NCBI GenBank assembly: GCA_030614005.1
Contig: JAUWKS010000034.1
Span: 1-32,000, forward strand
Reading direction: 5' to 3'
Length of the DNA stretch: 32,000 bases
Origin: Candidatus Heimdallarchaeota archaeon
Lineage (GTDB): Archaea > Asgardarchaeota > Heimdallarchaeia > JABLTI01
In this document: positions 1 to 7,562 of the stretch, piece after piece
Numbering within the stretch: position 1 is the stretch's first letter
Layout of the letters: each line of letters starts with the position of its first letter
Notes under the pieces: model-generated
Seen by the model: the letters and a program-made list of their open reading frames with translations, nothing else
Database searches by the model: none
Told to the model about the DNA's origin: nothing
Translations under genes and position numbers: made by a program

Positions 1-1
1 G

Positions 2-1033
2 GAGATATTAAACATTAGTAATCCTACACTACCCACGGAAATTGGTCAATTCGATGACGGTGGTTGTGCTTATGGTGTTGTTGTTTCAGGTGAATATGCT
101 TATGTTGCGGACGGTTTTGATGGTCTGGAGATCATAGATATCAGTGTCCCTAGCACTCCTGTTGAGGTTGGTCAAGTCTTTGACGGTGGTTCTGCTAATG
201 ATGTGTTTGTTTCAGGCGATTATGCCTATGTTGCGGATGATACTAATGGTCTGGAGATCATAGATATTAGTAATCCTGCGATACCAATAGAAGTGGGTCA
301 GCTCTATGATGGAGGTCGGTGTTATGGTGTTGTTGTCTCAGGTGACTATGCCTATACTGCGGATGGTTCTGGAGGGTTAGAGATATTAGATATTAGTAAT
401 CCTGCGTTACCTACAGAAGTGGGTGCGTTTACTGACGGTGGCAATGTTGAGAGCGTTTTTGTTTCAGGTGACTATGCCTATGTTGGTAGTGCTGATTTTG
501 AGATTATAGATATTAGTGTCCCTAGTACTCCTGTTGAGGTATCCAAGATTTTTGACGATGGTTATGCTCGTGGTATTTTTGTTTTAGGTGATTCTGCCTT
601 TGTTGCGGATAATTCTGATGGTCTTGAGATTTTCAAAGCAGGTTATGATGCAGATGGAGATGGCTTAACTGATTTTGAAGAGATCAATACCTATTCTACT
701 GATCCTGATGATGATGATACTGATGATGATACAATCTTTGATGGTGAAGAAGTGATTATAGGTGAGGATGGTTTTATTACTAATCCCAATCTTGCAGATA
801 CAGATGGAGATGGATTTGATGATAACGTAGAAATAGCCGAAGGAACAGATCCAACAGATCCGGATGACCATCCTCCTATCCCCACTACTACTCCTCCCCC
901 AACTACAACTACTCCTACAACTCCAACAGAAGACGGAGCATTTATTGGCGGCTTTGTTAGTTTAATTGCTGTTTGTTCAACTGTTCTATTCATTACAGTA
1001 ACCGTGGAAAAACGTCGAAAGTATATGAAATAA
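2..1033 (+). CDS. 5'-truncated LVIVD-repeat surface protein with acidic DxDxDG (TSP3-like Ca-binding) repeats, Pro/Thr linker and C-terminal TM anchor
   Basis: Frame is open from position 2 ([21 protein letters not shown]...), so the true start lies upstream of the window. About five ~42-aa repeats ([24 protein letters not shown]); [18 protein letters not shown] repeats; [18 protein letters not shown] linker; hydrophobic helix then KRRK. Confidence 0.9.
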   Translation, partial: EILNISNPTLPTEIGQFDDGGCAYGVVVSGEYAYVADGFDGLEIIDISVPSTPVEVGQVFDGGSANDVFVSGDYAYVADDTNGLEIIDISNPAIPIEVGQLYDGGRCYGVVVSGDYAYTADGSGGLEILDISNPALPTEVGAFTDGGNVESVFVSGDYAYVGSADFEIIDISVPSTPVEVSKIFDDGYARGIFVLGDSAFVADNSDGLEIFKAGYDADGDGLTDFEEINTYSTDPDDDDTDDDTIFDGEEVIIGEDGFITNPNLADTDGDGFDDNVEIAEGTDPTDPDDHPPIPTTTPPPTTTTPTTPTEDGAFIGGFVSLIAVCSTVLFITVTVEKRRKYMK

Positions 1034-1310
1034 TTGCGGAGAAAAATCTCCTTTCTCTTCAATTTTTCTTAATTTTTATTTTCTTTGTATCATGCTTTCA
1101 AGCATTTGAGTCCATTGTTCAATATCTTTTACACATCAAACTGCTGAGTCTTCATTATTCTCTTTGTTAGTAAAACATATTTTTTACACAGTCTCTAAGG
1201 ATGAGAGGAACAATTATAAGATTAAAATTGCAGAGTATATTTAAAACAATTTACAGCTATATTTTGTAAAATGTTAAATTATAGCTTAATCTTTTTGTTG
1301 AGGTATAGAA

Positions 1311-1889
1311 ATGAGTTGGCTCTCTAAAATATTTAGTAAAAAGGAAATTGAGCAAAAAGCAAATATAGTTATTTTAGGTGCTTCTGGTGTAGGAAAAACA
1401 ACACTAGTTCGATACTTAGAAACTGGGCAACCAGTGACTCAAGACCCTCGTACTACATTGGGAATAGACATACGTCAAAATCCAATAACAATTAGTGGTT
1501 GGTCTTTATCAGCCATTGATGTTGGAGGTCAAGAATTGTATCGTGAAAGTCTTTGGAGCTTAGGTATCAGTCAATCAGATGCAGTTATCTACGTCATTGA
1601 TGGTACTGTTAAACCTACTGTTGATAATACCTCCTTTGAAGTCAGTAAGTTTAGCTTTGATTATATGTTATCAATAGTTGAAGATTCTACACCAATTTTG
1701 ATTCTGATTAACAAACAAGATTTGACCGAAGTTGAACCAATTACAGCTGAACAATCAATCGAATTATATGGTATATTAAAAATGGTTGGCAGATCGTTCA
1801 ATATCTTACCTTCATCAGCGAAATTTGGTTTTGGTGTAGAAACAGCTGTTTATTGGTTAATTGATAAAATACATGAGGCAAAAACATAA
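1311..1889 (+). CDS. Arf-family-like small GTPase (copy 1)
   Basis: G1 GASGVGKT, G2 RTT, G3 DVGGQ, G4 NKQD, G5 SAK; N-terminal amphipathic helix MSWLSKIF; no C-terminal Cys/prenylation motif; RBS GAGGT upstream. Confidence 0.9.
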   Translation: MSWLSKIFSKKEIEQKANIVILGASGVGKTTLVRYLETGQPVTQDPRTTLGIDIRQNPITISGWSLSAIDVGGQELYRESLWSLGISQSDAVIYVIDGTVKPTVDNTSFEVSKFSFDYMLSIVEDSTPILILINKQDLTEVEPITAEQSIELYGILKMVGRSFNILPSSAKFGFGVETAVYWLIDKIHEAKT

Positions 1890-1927
1890 CAAGGTTATAT
1901 TACTAAAAGCACTAAAAATTCCTTGAT

Positions 1928-1947
1928 TTTTCATTTTTGACTGAAAA
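1928..1947. promoter_or_regulatory. Candidate operator TTTTCA-N8-TGAAAA upstream of the wHTH regulator
   Basis: TTTTCA tttttgac TGAAAA, immediately followed by TATA-like TTTTATTTA; the same arms and spacing recur at 2714-2733. AT-rich background allows chance matches. Confidence 0.45.
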
Positions 1948-1997
1948 TTTTATTTAGTAGTATGTACAAGTCATTTAGTATAGAAAGATGTGTTATT

Positions 1998-2687
1998 ATG
2001 GAGAATAGTGTACAAATTGCCTTCCTAAGAAAAGATTTTCAGCGAATCATTGATTTTGATCGATTATACCCCTCCGGAAAAATGGTTGTTTTTATTGCTA
2101 AAAGTGACACTGAAAAAGGAACTCCTAATTACAAGCATATTGAAGAGAGTCTTAAGAAACTAAGAGAGTATTGTGAATTAGCTAAAATACAGTTTAATAT
2201 GCAAGTTATTGATTTTATAACGAAAGAGTCATTTCTAGAAATAATATTTGATTTTGCAAGAGCGATTATTGTTGACTATCAACCAAGATCATTATATAGA
2301 TTAAATCTAGGAGAAGATTCTCTCTTAATGAACATTGGATTATTACAAGGTGCCCAAATAATTCCCAGTTTATTTCCTGTTGAAATTTCTTATTATCTTA
2401 AAGAGAAATACAAAGAACAAGAATATCTTTTTGAAAAGTCAATCGTAAAACCATTCTCTAACCTTATCTCTGAACCAGTCAGTATAGAACTTTTAAAATG
2501 CGTTGAGGACGGCAAAAATCTAGATGCTATTAAGGACATTTTAAAAATCTCTCTTGGGTCAGTTTCCAACCATCTTAAGTATCTTAAAGAACACGATCTT
2601 ATTAGTGTTAGTGGTCACCTAAGGAATTTAACAAACTTGGGCCGATTAGTTAAAGAAATTTTGGAAATTAAAGAATCTATAAAATAG
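1998..2687 (+). CDS. Transcriptional regulator: CARF-like (Csa3/DUF6293-type) Rossmann domain plus C-terminal winged HTH
   Basis: C-terminal LDAIKDILKISLGSVSNHLKYLKEHDLI...LTNLGR is an ArsR-like wHTH. N-terminal beta-alpha pattern (VQIAFL..DFQRI; KMVVFI; QVIDF; RLNLGED..LMNIGLL) resembles Csa3-type CARF. Start at 1998 (MENSV) preferred over 1962. Confidence 0.7.
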   Translation: MENSVQIAFLRKDFQRIIDFDRLYPSGKMVVFIAKSDTEKGTPNYKHIEESLKKLREYCELAKIQFNMQVIDFITKESFLEIIFDFARAIIVDYQPRSLYRLNLGEDSLLMNIGLLQGAQIIPSLFPVEISYYLKEKYKEQEYLFEKSIVKPFSNLISEPVSIELLKCVEDGKNLDAIKDILKISLGSVSNHLKYLKEHDLISVSGHLRNLTNLGRLVKEILEIKESIK

Positions 2688-2712
2688 ATACTTATTCTTT
2701 CACTAAAAATGA

Positions 2713-2793
2713 ATTTTCAATATTTATTGAAAATATTGGATATTTCAACTAATTTTGCACAAACCATCTTATTTATAAATAATGTTGAAATAT
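2713..2793 (+). promoter_or_regulatory. Promoter of the 7TM operon with nested inverted repeats around the TATA box
   Basis: ATTTTCAATA-TT-TATTGAAAAT (2713-2734); ATATTTCAAC (2740-2749) and GTTGAAATAT (2784-2793) flank the palindromic TATA-containing TTATTTATAAATAA (2769-2782); RBS AGGTGAT lies just before the GTG at 2830. Confidence 0.6.
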
Positions 2794-2829
2794 ATATATT
2801 ATACTAAATTAATACAATAAGGTGATAAA

Positions 2830-3681
2830 GTGGTTACAATTGCTGATTGGTTCAATGTTACAATGGATCTAGAATATTCAAGACTTGTAGGATTAATTTC
2901 TTATAGTCTTATTCTCGTTGGAACTTTTATCTTTCAATTCACAATAACAAATAAGATAAGAAGCTCAAATGTTAAAAGTGATTCTTATCGGAGCTTTAGG
3001 TTGCTATATGTTGCAGTAGCTATTATTGCAGGGACATATGCATCGGATCATTTAGGAGCATTTCTTGGAGGAAATGTTATGCATTCTCAATTCTCGGTTT
3101 TTCTATCTATTATTGGATATACAATTGCTATTTACGCATTAAACTTGTTCCTTCTTAGAATTATCAATTTTAGATCATCGATTAAACGATTTATTCGTGT
3201 TCTTACCGTTATCCAAGTAGGTCTTTTGATTTTTGCTAGTATTGTATATTTACTCGCTAGTTTTATTGAAATGCCAGCATTTTTTGTTGACTATACAGTA
3301 ATGATCTTTGGTGTAACAGTTATATTTGCTACGATATTTACAATCATCAGTATGCTAACAGAAGCAAGAAAAACAGCAAATAAAATGGTAAAATTGAGAT
3401 TAAGATTAGCCGCATTAGGAACTTTAGGTATTTTACTTGAAGGTGCTGCAAATATTCTCCATATTTTACTTGGAACTTTAGGTGCTGATACTACTAATTA
3501 TTATCAAATAGGTATTCCACTTCTAGCAGTTCTTTTCTATTCAATATTCATGTTTAGCTATTATTTCTCATTGTTTCCACCAATGTGGTTACAACAAGCA
3601 GGTGGAGTATTACCTCCTAGCTTTACTGACTTGATGAAGAAACAAGAACAATTAAAACAACTCGGGAGTGCAACTAAATGA
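2830..3681 (+). CDS. Stand-alone seven-transmembrane protein (putative sensor/receptor)
   Basis: Seven hydrophobic segments by eye (approx. aa 19-39, 56-80, 88-112, 121-146, 151-176, 189-218, 224-249), basic loops before TM2/TM4/TM6, short cytoplasmic tail after FPPxW; GTG start with RBS. Confidence 0.8.
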   Translation: MVTIADWFNVTMDLEYSRLVGLISYSLILVGTFIFQFTITNKIRSSNVKSDSYRSFRLLYVAVAIIAGTYASDHLGAFLGGNVMHSQFSVFLSIIGYTIAIYALNLFLLRIINFRSSIKRFIRVLTVIQVGLLIFASIVYLLASFIEMPAFFVDYTVMIFGVTVIFATIFTIISMLTEARKTANKMVKLRLRLAALGTLGILLEGAANILHILLGTLGADTTNYYQIGIPLLAVLFYSIFMFSYYFSLFPPMWLQQAGGVLPPSFTDLMKKQEQLKQLGSATK

Positions 3682-4571
3682 ATGTTACAAATTTCGCAAT
3701 AATCGAAATTGGAAGAGAAAAAGGTGCTTCCGCTTTACACGTATCTGGTTTATCAGATAAAATAATGAAGCGCTTACTTATTGAAGCATTGCCACAAGGA
3801 AATCCGGAGAATGAATTCTTCAAGATTGTCAAAATCGAGGATAATCTATTCATCAGCTCACTCATACTTGCTGACAATGAGGACTCTGGTTTAGCTATGA
3901 TAATAAAATTAGATTCAGCTTTACAAGAAGTAAATCCAATAGGCTTTATTGATGGTATGAATAAATTATTGAAATCATTTCTAGCAAACAGCGAAAACAT
4001 CCCTGATGAATTAGATATTTCTTATCTAAAAATCGCTTTATCAGAAAATACTTACGAAAATTTTGATACTATTATCTTCTCAATTCTATCTCAACAAAAG
4101 ACGCTTGTTGTCGGTGAAAAAGACGAGATTTCGAGTTTTTTCGCTAACCTCTTTGAATTTATTCCCAATAGTTTAAAAGAATATATTACATTAATTGCTA
4201 ATTCCACGAACCTCTCAAATAATGTCGCTATACACGCATTAATTGTATCTGATGACGTTCTCAAGATAATTGACAACAAGAAAGGAGAATATACCATACT
4301 TTTCCTCCCAACAAAGACAGCTTACGGATCATTCAGTTCACCATTCTGTAAAAAAGTTGCTCAATTATTTGCCGAACAAAAGAAGGAGAGCATTAAGGAA
4401 GAATTAATTCACTTCTTCAAAATATCAATTGAATCCGAAGAGATCATTCCAATTGCTGATTTCGCTGCAGAACATAAGCTTGCTCTAGCAGATGCCTCAC
4501 TTCTTCAAAGGATGCGAGCTGGTTACTTTGATATCAAAGTCGAAAAAGGATTCTTTGAACAAACAGAGTAG
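3678..4571 (+). CDS. DENN-like protein (uDENN/longin plus cDENN-like core), putative GTPase GEF
   Basis: N-terminal beta-beta-alpha with EALPQG (uDENN-like alPxg). FDTIIFSILSQQKTLVVGEKDEISSFFANLFEFIP matches the cDENN pattern l..i..alL.e.kilv.s....ls.f...l..l.P. ATGA overlap with the 7TM stop. Confidence 0.6.
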   Translation: MNVTNFAIIEIGREKGASALHVSGLSDKIMKRLLIEALPQGNPENEFFKIVKIEDNLFISSLILADNEDSGLAMIIKLDSALQEVNPIGFIDGMNKLLKSFLANSENIPDELDISYLKIALSENTYENFDTIIFSILSQQKTLVVGEKDEISSFFANLFEFIPNSLKEYITLIANSTNLSNNVAIHALIVSDDVLKIIDNKKGEYTILFLPTKTAYGSFSSPFCKKVAQLFAEQKKESIKEELIHFFKISIESEEIIPIADFAAEHKLALADASLLQRMRAGYFDIKVEKGFFEQTE

Positions 4572-4579
4572 GTGATATC

Positions 4580-5164
4580 ATGAGTTGGCTTGGACGAATT
4601 TTTAAACGGAAAGCAATAGAACAAAAAGCGAGCCTTGTTATACTTGGATCAAGTGGAGCAGGGAAAACTACTCTGGTCAGATTTCTTGAAACAGGAGAAC
4701 CTGTTTTAGAGAATCCTCGTACTACACTAGGAATTGACATTAGGCAATCACCAATTGAAATTAGTGGTTGGTCATTAACTGCAATAGATGTTGGCGGTCA
4801 GGAACTCTATCGCGAAAGCTTATGGAGCTTAGGTGTTTCACAAGCAAGTGCGGTAATCTATGTCCTTGATGGAACTATTAGAAAAACTATCAATAATGAT
4901 GCTTTTGAGGTATCCAAATTTTCATTTGATTATATGTTAACAATTGTTGAAGAAGATGTTCCAATTCTTATTCTAGTCAATAAACAAGATCTTGTAGAGG
5001 AAAATCCACTCACTACACAGGAAGCCATTGAAATGTATGGAATAAGTAATCTCGTTGGACGATCATTCAACATTTTACCAAGTTCTGCAAAATATGGTAA
5101 TGGTATTGAATTTGCTATAGAGTGGTTGGTTGATAAGATCGCAGAGAAAAATATTAAGGAGTAA
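4580..5164 (+). CDS. Arf-family-like small GTPase (copy 2)
   Basis: GSSGAGKT, DVGGQ, NKQD, SAK; N-terminal MSWLGRIF helix; about 71% identical to 1311..1889 by manual alignment; RBS AGGTGAT. Confidence 0.9.
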   Translation: MSWLGRIFKRKAIEQKASLVILGSSGAGKTTLVRFLETGEPVLENPRTTLGIDIRQSPIEISGWSLTAIDVGGQELYRESLWSLGVSQASAVIYVLDGTIRKTINNDAFEVSKFSFDYMLTIVEEDVPILILVNKQDLVEENPLTTQEAIEMYGISNLVGRSFNILPSSAKYGNGIEFAIEWLVDKIAEKNIKE

Positions 5165-5171
5165 AAATCAC

Positions 5172-6218
5172 ATGGATCCACTAAAGTTCAACGTATACAC
5201 ATCTCTTTCGTCTCTCACAGACGAAGGAATGACTATTTTCTATAATCCCAATATTCCTAATATAGATACAGATGATTTAGTAAAAGTAGCAAATTATTAC
5301 TCAATTATCTTAAACTTCTCTGAGAGCAAAGGAGCACTATATGGACCACTACCAATCGCTTATCACACAGAATATCTACTTTATATCTATACTTTTGAAA
5401 CAACAAATCTACAAGTTCAAGATGAAAGAATAAAAAGAGACGGTAGTAGAGTTCCTTCATTTCTTCTCATTTTCTTCCCAACAATTGCAGAAAGTTTTAC
5501 TACAAGAGCAAGAGGACAAATCTCACGTGAGATCTCAAATTGGTTAGAACAATTTAAATCGATTCAAGATTTCAAAGATAAGGATGTTAACAAATTAAAT
5601 TCTCAAATTGAAGCAGCAATATACAAAGAGCAAAGTATATTTGCACTAGATGAAATCGAAGAAGCTAACGTTGTTCTTGGAAAGAGTGTTGAACTATTAC
5701 ACAACGTCTTAAAATATCAAGAAAAACCTGTTAAAATACTCCTGTCAGGAACAGATGATCTTTTATTCTCAATTACTCGAAAAGCTATTTTTGGCAATAA
5801 CTCATCTTTAGTTTCATATTTCAAAAATGAAAATAACAAAATTGATTTCAAACTTGGAAAAATTGAAGGTACTATTTTACTAGCTTCTGTCAATACACCA
5901 AACCTCCACAAATATCTATCAAAAGACTTGGATGGCGTTTTACATTTCGGAAACTTCTCAACACCGGAAAGCACTGATGCACATACAGCTGAATTATCTA
6001 AAATAATTAAACAAACATCTCAAGATTGCGTCATTTCATTTGCTATTTGTCAAACAGATAAACCATTAAAAATCAGTGAGACAAAAATACCAGAAGTACT
6101 TCAGGAAGGTGTAGGTCGCACAATTTCTTTATTAGATATGGGACAACAGAAGAATACAATAAGTACTACGATCATTGAGTTTCTTGAAAAACTAATAGAG
6201 TTAATAGGTAAGAAGTAA
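5172..6218 (+). CDS. Longin/uDENN-like N-terminal domain fused to a degenerate small-GTPase-like (pseudo-GTPase) domain
   Basis: Start at 5172 (MDPLKF), 7 nt after the Arf-2 stop. N-terminal YGPLP..YLLYIYTF..DER..SFLLIFFP. C-terminal VKILLSG, DGVLHFGNFS, VISFAICQTD and terminal helix follow Ras-fold spacing but lack GKS/T, DxxG and NKxD. Confidence 0.55.
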   Translation: MDPLKFNVYTSLSSLTDEGMTIFYNPNIPNIDTDDLVKVANYYSIILNFSESKGALYGPLPIAYHTEYLLYIYTFETTNLQVQDERIKRDGSRVPSFLLIFFPTIAESFTTRARGQISREISNWLEQFKSIQDFKDKDVNKLNSQIEAAIYKEQSIFALDEIEEANVVLGKSVELLHNVLKYQEKPVKILLSGTDDLLFSITRKAIFGNNSSLVSYFKNENNKIDFKLGKIEGTILLASVNTPNLHKYLSKDLDGVLHFGNFSTPESTDAHTAELSKIIKQTSQDCVISFAICQTDKPLKISETKIPEVLQEGVGRTISLLDMGQQKNTISTTIIEFLEKLIELIGKK

Positions 6219-6250
6219 TTTCTTCTTATCTTTATTGACTGCTTTTTTTT
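6219..6250 (+). terminator. T-rich archaeal terminator candidate for the GTPase operon
   Basis: tttcttcttatcttt...ctttttttt directly after the stop codon, in the gap before the convergent MFS gene. Confidence 0.45.
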
Positions 6251-6281
6251 AATCTAAATTGAAGATGATAATTACTTCATT

Positions 6282-7562
6282 TTATTCTACTAAATTATTC
6301 TCAGCAATTAGATTAGTATCTCCATTATTAAAATCGTTTACTGACTTTCCTACATATCTTACATCTGTTAATAACCAAAGTAAAGCAGTAACAATTAATC
6401 CAATAATAATACAACCAAATAAGACATATCGAATGCTTGTAACTTCTGCGATAATTCCTGAAACTATCATTGATATAGGCATTGCTGCAACGGAAAGTGA
6501 AAAAGCAACTGCTTGGAATCTTCCTTGCATCTCTTTTGGAACAATAGTATGAAACATCGTTTGAGTAATTACATTCACTATTGGCATTGCAAGACCTAAA
6601 ATTAGTGCTCCTATCCATAACACCCAGAAATAACCCCAGGGTGCTATAGCCATTATTGTATAGCCAACAAAACCGACGAGTATGAAAGTTAGTACTATAA
6701 CCATTTTTTTCTTGATTTTTCTTAGAAAGAGCATTGCTAATCCTCCTAACAAGATACCTCCATAGTAGAAAGCAAAAACGTAAGCTAACTGAAATGCATC
6801 TCCACTATGATCAAATTTTATGTAATAAGGAGCTTGAGTGTTTACTGGTGTAATTAGAAAATTGAGTGCTGTTGCGAGAAGTAGTAGGCTTAACAACCCT
6901 TTTGTGCTTTTAATAAAACTGAAAACTTCCTTCAATTCAGTTCGATACGATTGACTCTTAACATCCATTTCTTTGGGTTTTGGAAGAGAGATTATTAATA
7001 GAGGAATAATTGCGAAGAGAAATGTTCCTACATCTATCCAGAATATTGGATGTGTTGTTGGGATTCTCTCAACAAGAAGAGCTCCTATTAATGGACCAAC
7101 TAGATTTACTACTCCATTGAAAACAAAATTGACTGAATTCATTTGGTTTAAATTCTCTTCTGGAACCATTTGAGGAATGAGCGATCTTACTGCTGGAGTG
7201 TGAAATGCTTGGAGTATACCTCGAACTGCTAAAATAATGAAAACTGACCAGAGTGGAATAGTTGTATATCTAAAAATCAAAATCAAAGCAATGGTGATAA
7301 CTGCTTGAAGAAAATCAACAACAGCAATTAACCACTTCTTATTCCAACGATCTACCCAGACTCCAGCAAAAGGAGCGATAAGCACAAAGAATCCCATACT
7401 AAGAAAAGAAGCTAAACCAAGATAGAATTCACTTTCATATTCTATTGTTACCCACCAAATAATGGAAAACGTCACAATTGCTGAGCCGAGTAATGAAATA
7501 ATTTGTCCTGTCCAGAATAACAAAAAACTAAGATAGCTTTTTTTTGATGCTTCAAAAGTCAA
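6282..7562 (-). CDS. MFS efflux transporter, DHA3/MefA-like family
   Basis: LFWTGQIISLLGS; motif A GVWVDRWNKK; AFHTPA..SLIPQMVP; VP.EMQGR; about 12 TM segments; TTG start overlapping the GNAT stop. Confidence 0.85.
   Translation of the reverse strand: MTFEASKKSYLSFLLFWTGQIISLLGSAIVTFSIIWWVTIEYESEFYLGLASFLSMGFFVLIAPFAGVWVDRWNKKWLIAVVDFLQAVITIALILIFRYTTIPLWSVFIILAVRGILQAFHTPAVRSLIPQMVPEENLNQMNSVNFVFNGVVNLVGPLIGALLVERIPTTHPIFWIDVGTFLFAIIPLLIISLPKPKEMDVKSQSYRTELKEVFSFIKSTKGLLSLLLLATALNFLITPVNTQAPYYIKFDHSGDAFQLAYVFAFYYGGILLGGLAMLFLRKIKKKMVIVLTFILVGFVGYTIMAIAPWGYFWVLWIGALILGLAMPIVNVITQTMFHTIVPKEMQGRFQAVAFSLSVAAMPISMIVSGIIAEVTSIRYVLFGCIIIGLIVTALLWLLTDVRYVGKSVNDFNNGDTNLIAENNLVE

Noticed and set aside
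691-1062. 123-aa minus-strand ORF rich in G/V/S
   Set aside because: Antisense shadow of the Pro/Thr linker and Asp repeats of the plus-strand surface protein.
1962-1997. Upstream ATG for the regulator; likewise the ORF-track starts at 5130, 9950, 14420 and 30445
   Set aside because: These extensions overlap promoters or neighbouring genes; downstream starts (1998, 5172, 9917, 14405, 30412) fit operon spacing better.
1998-2830. Possible CRISPR locus suggested by the CARF-like regulator
   Set aside because: No repeat-spacer array or cas gene seen anywhere in the window.
3674-7173. Short ORFs overlapping longer genes in other frames or strands (3674-4000, 4091-4297, 4534-4740, 4930-5181, 5717-5974, 6259-6552, 6328-6618, 6973-7173) and similar ones later
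   Set aside because: Fully overlap well-supported genes and lack motifs or RBSs.
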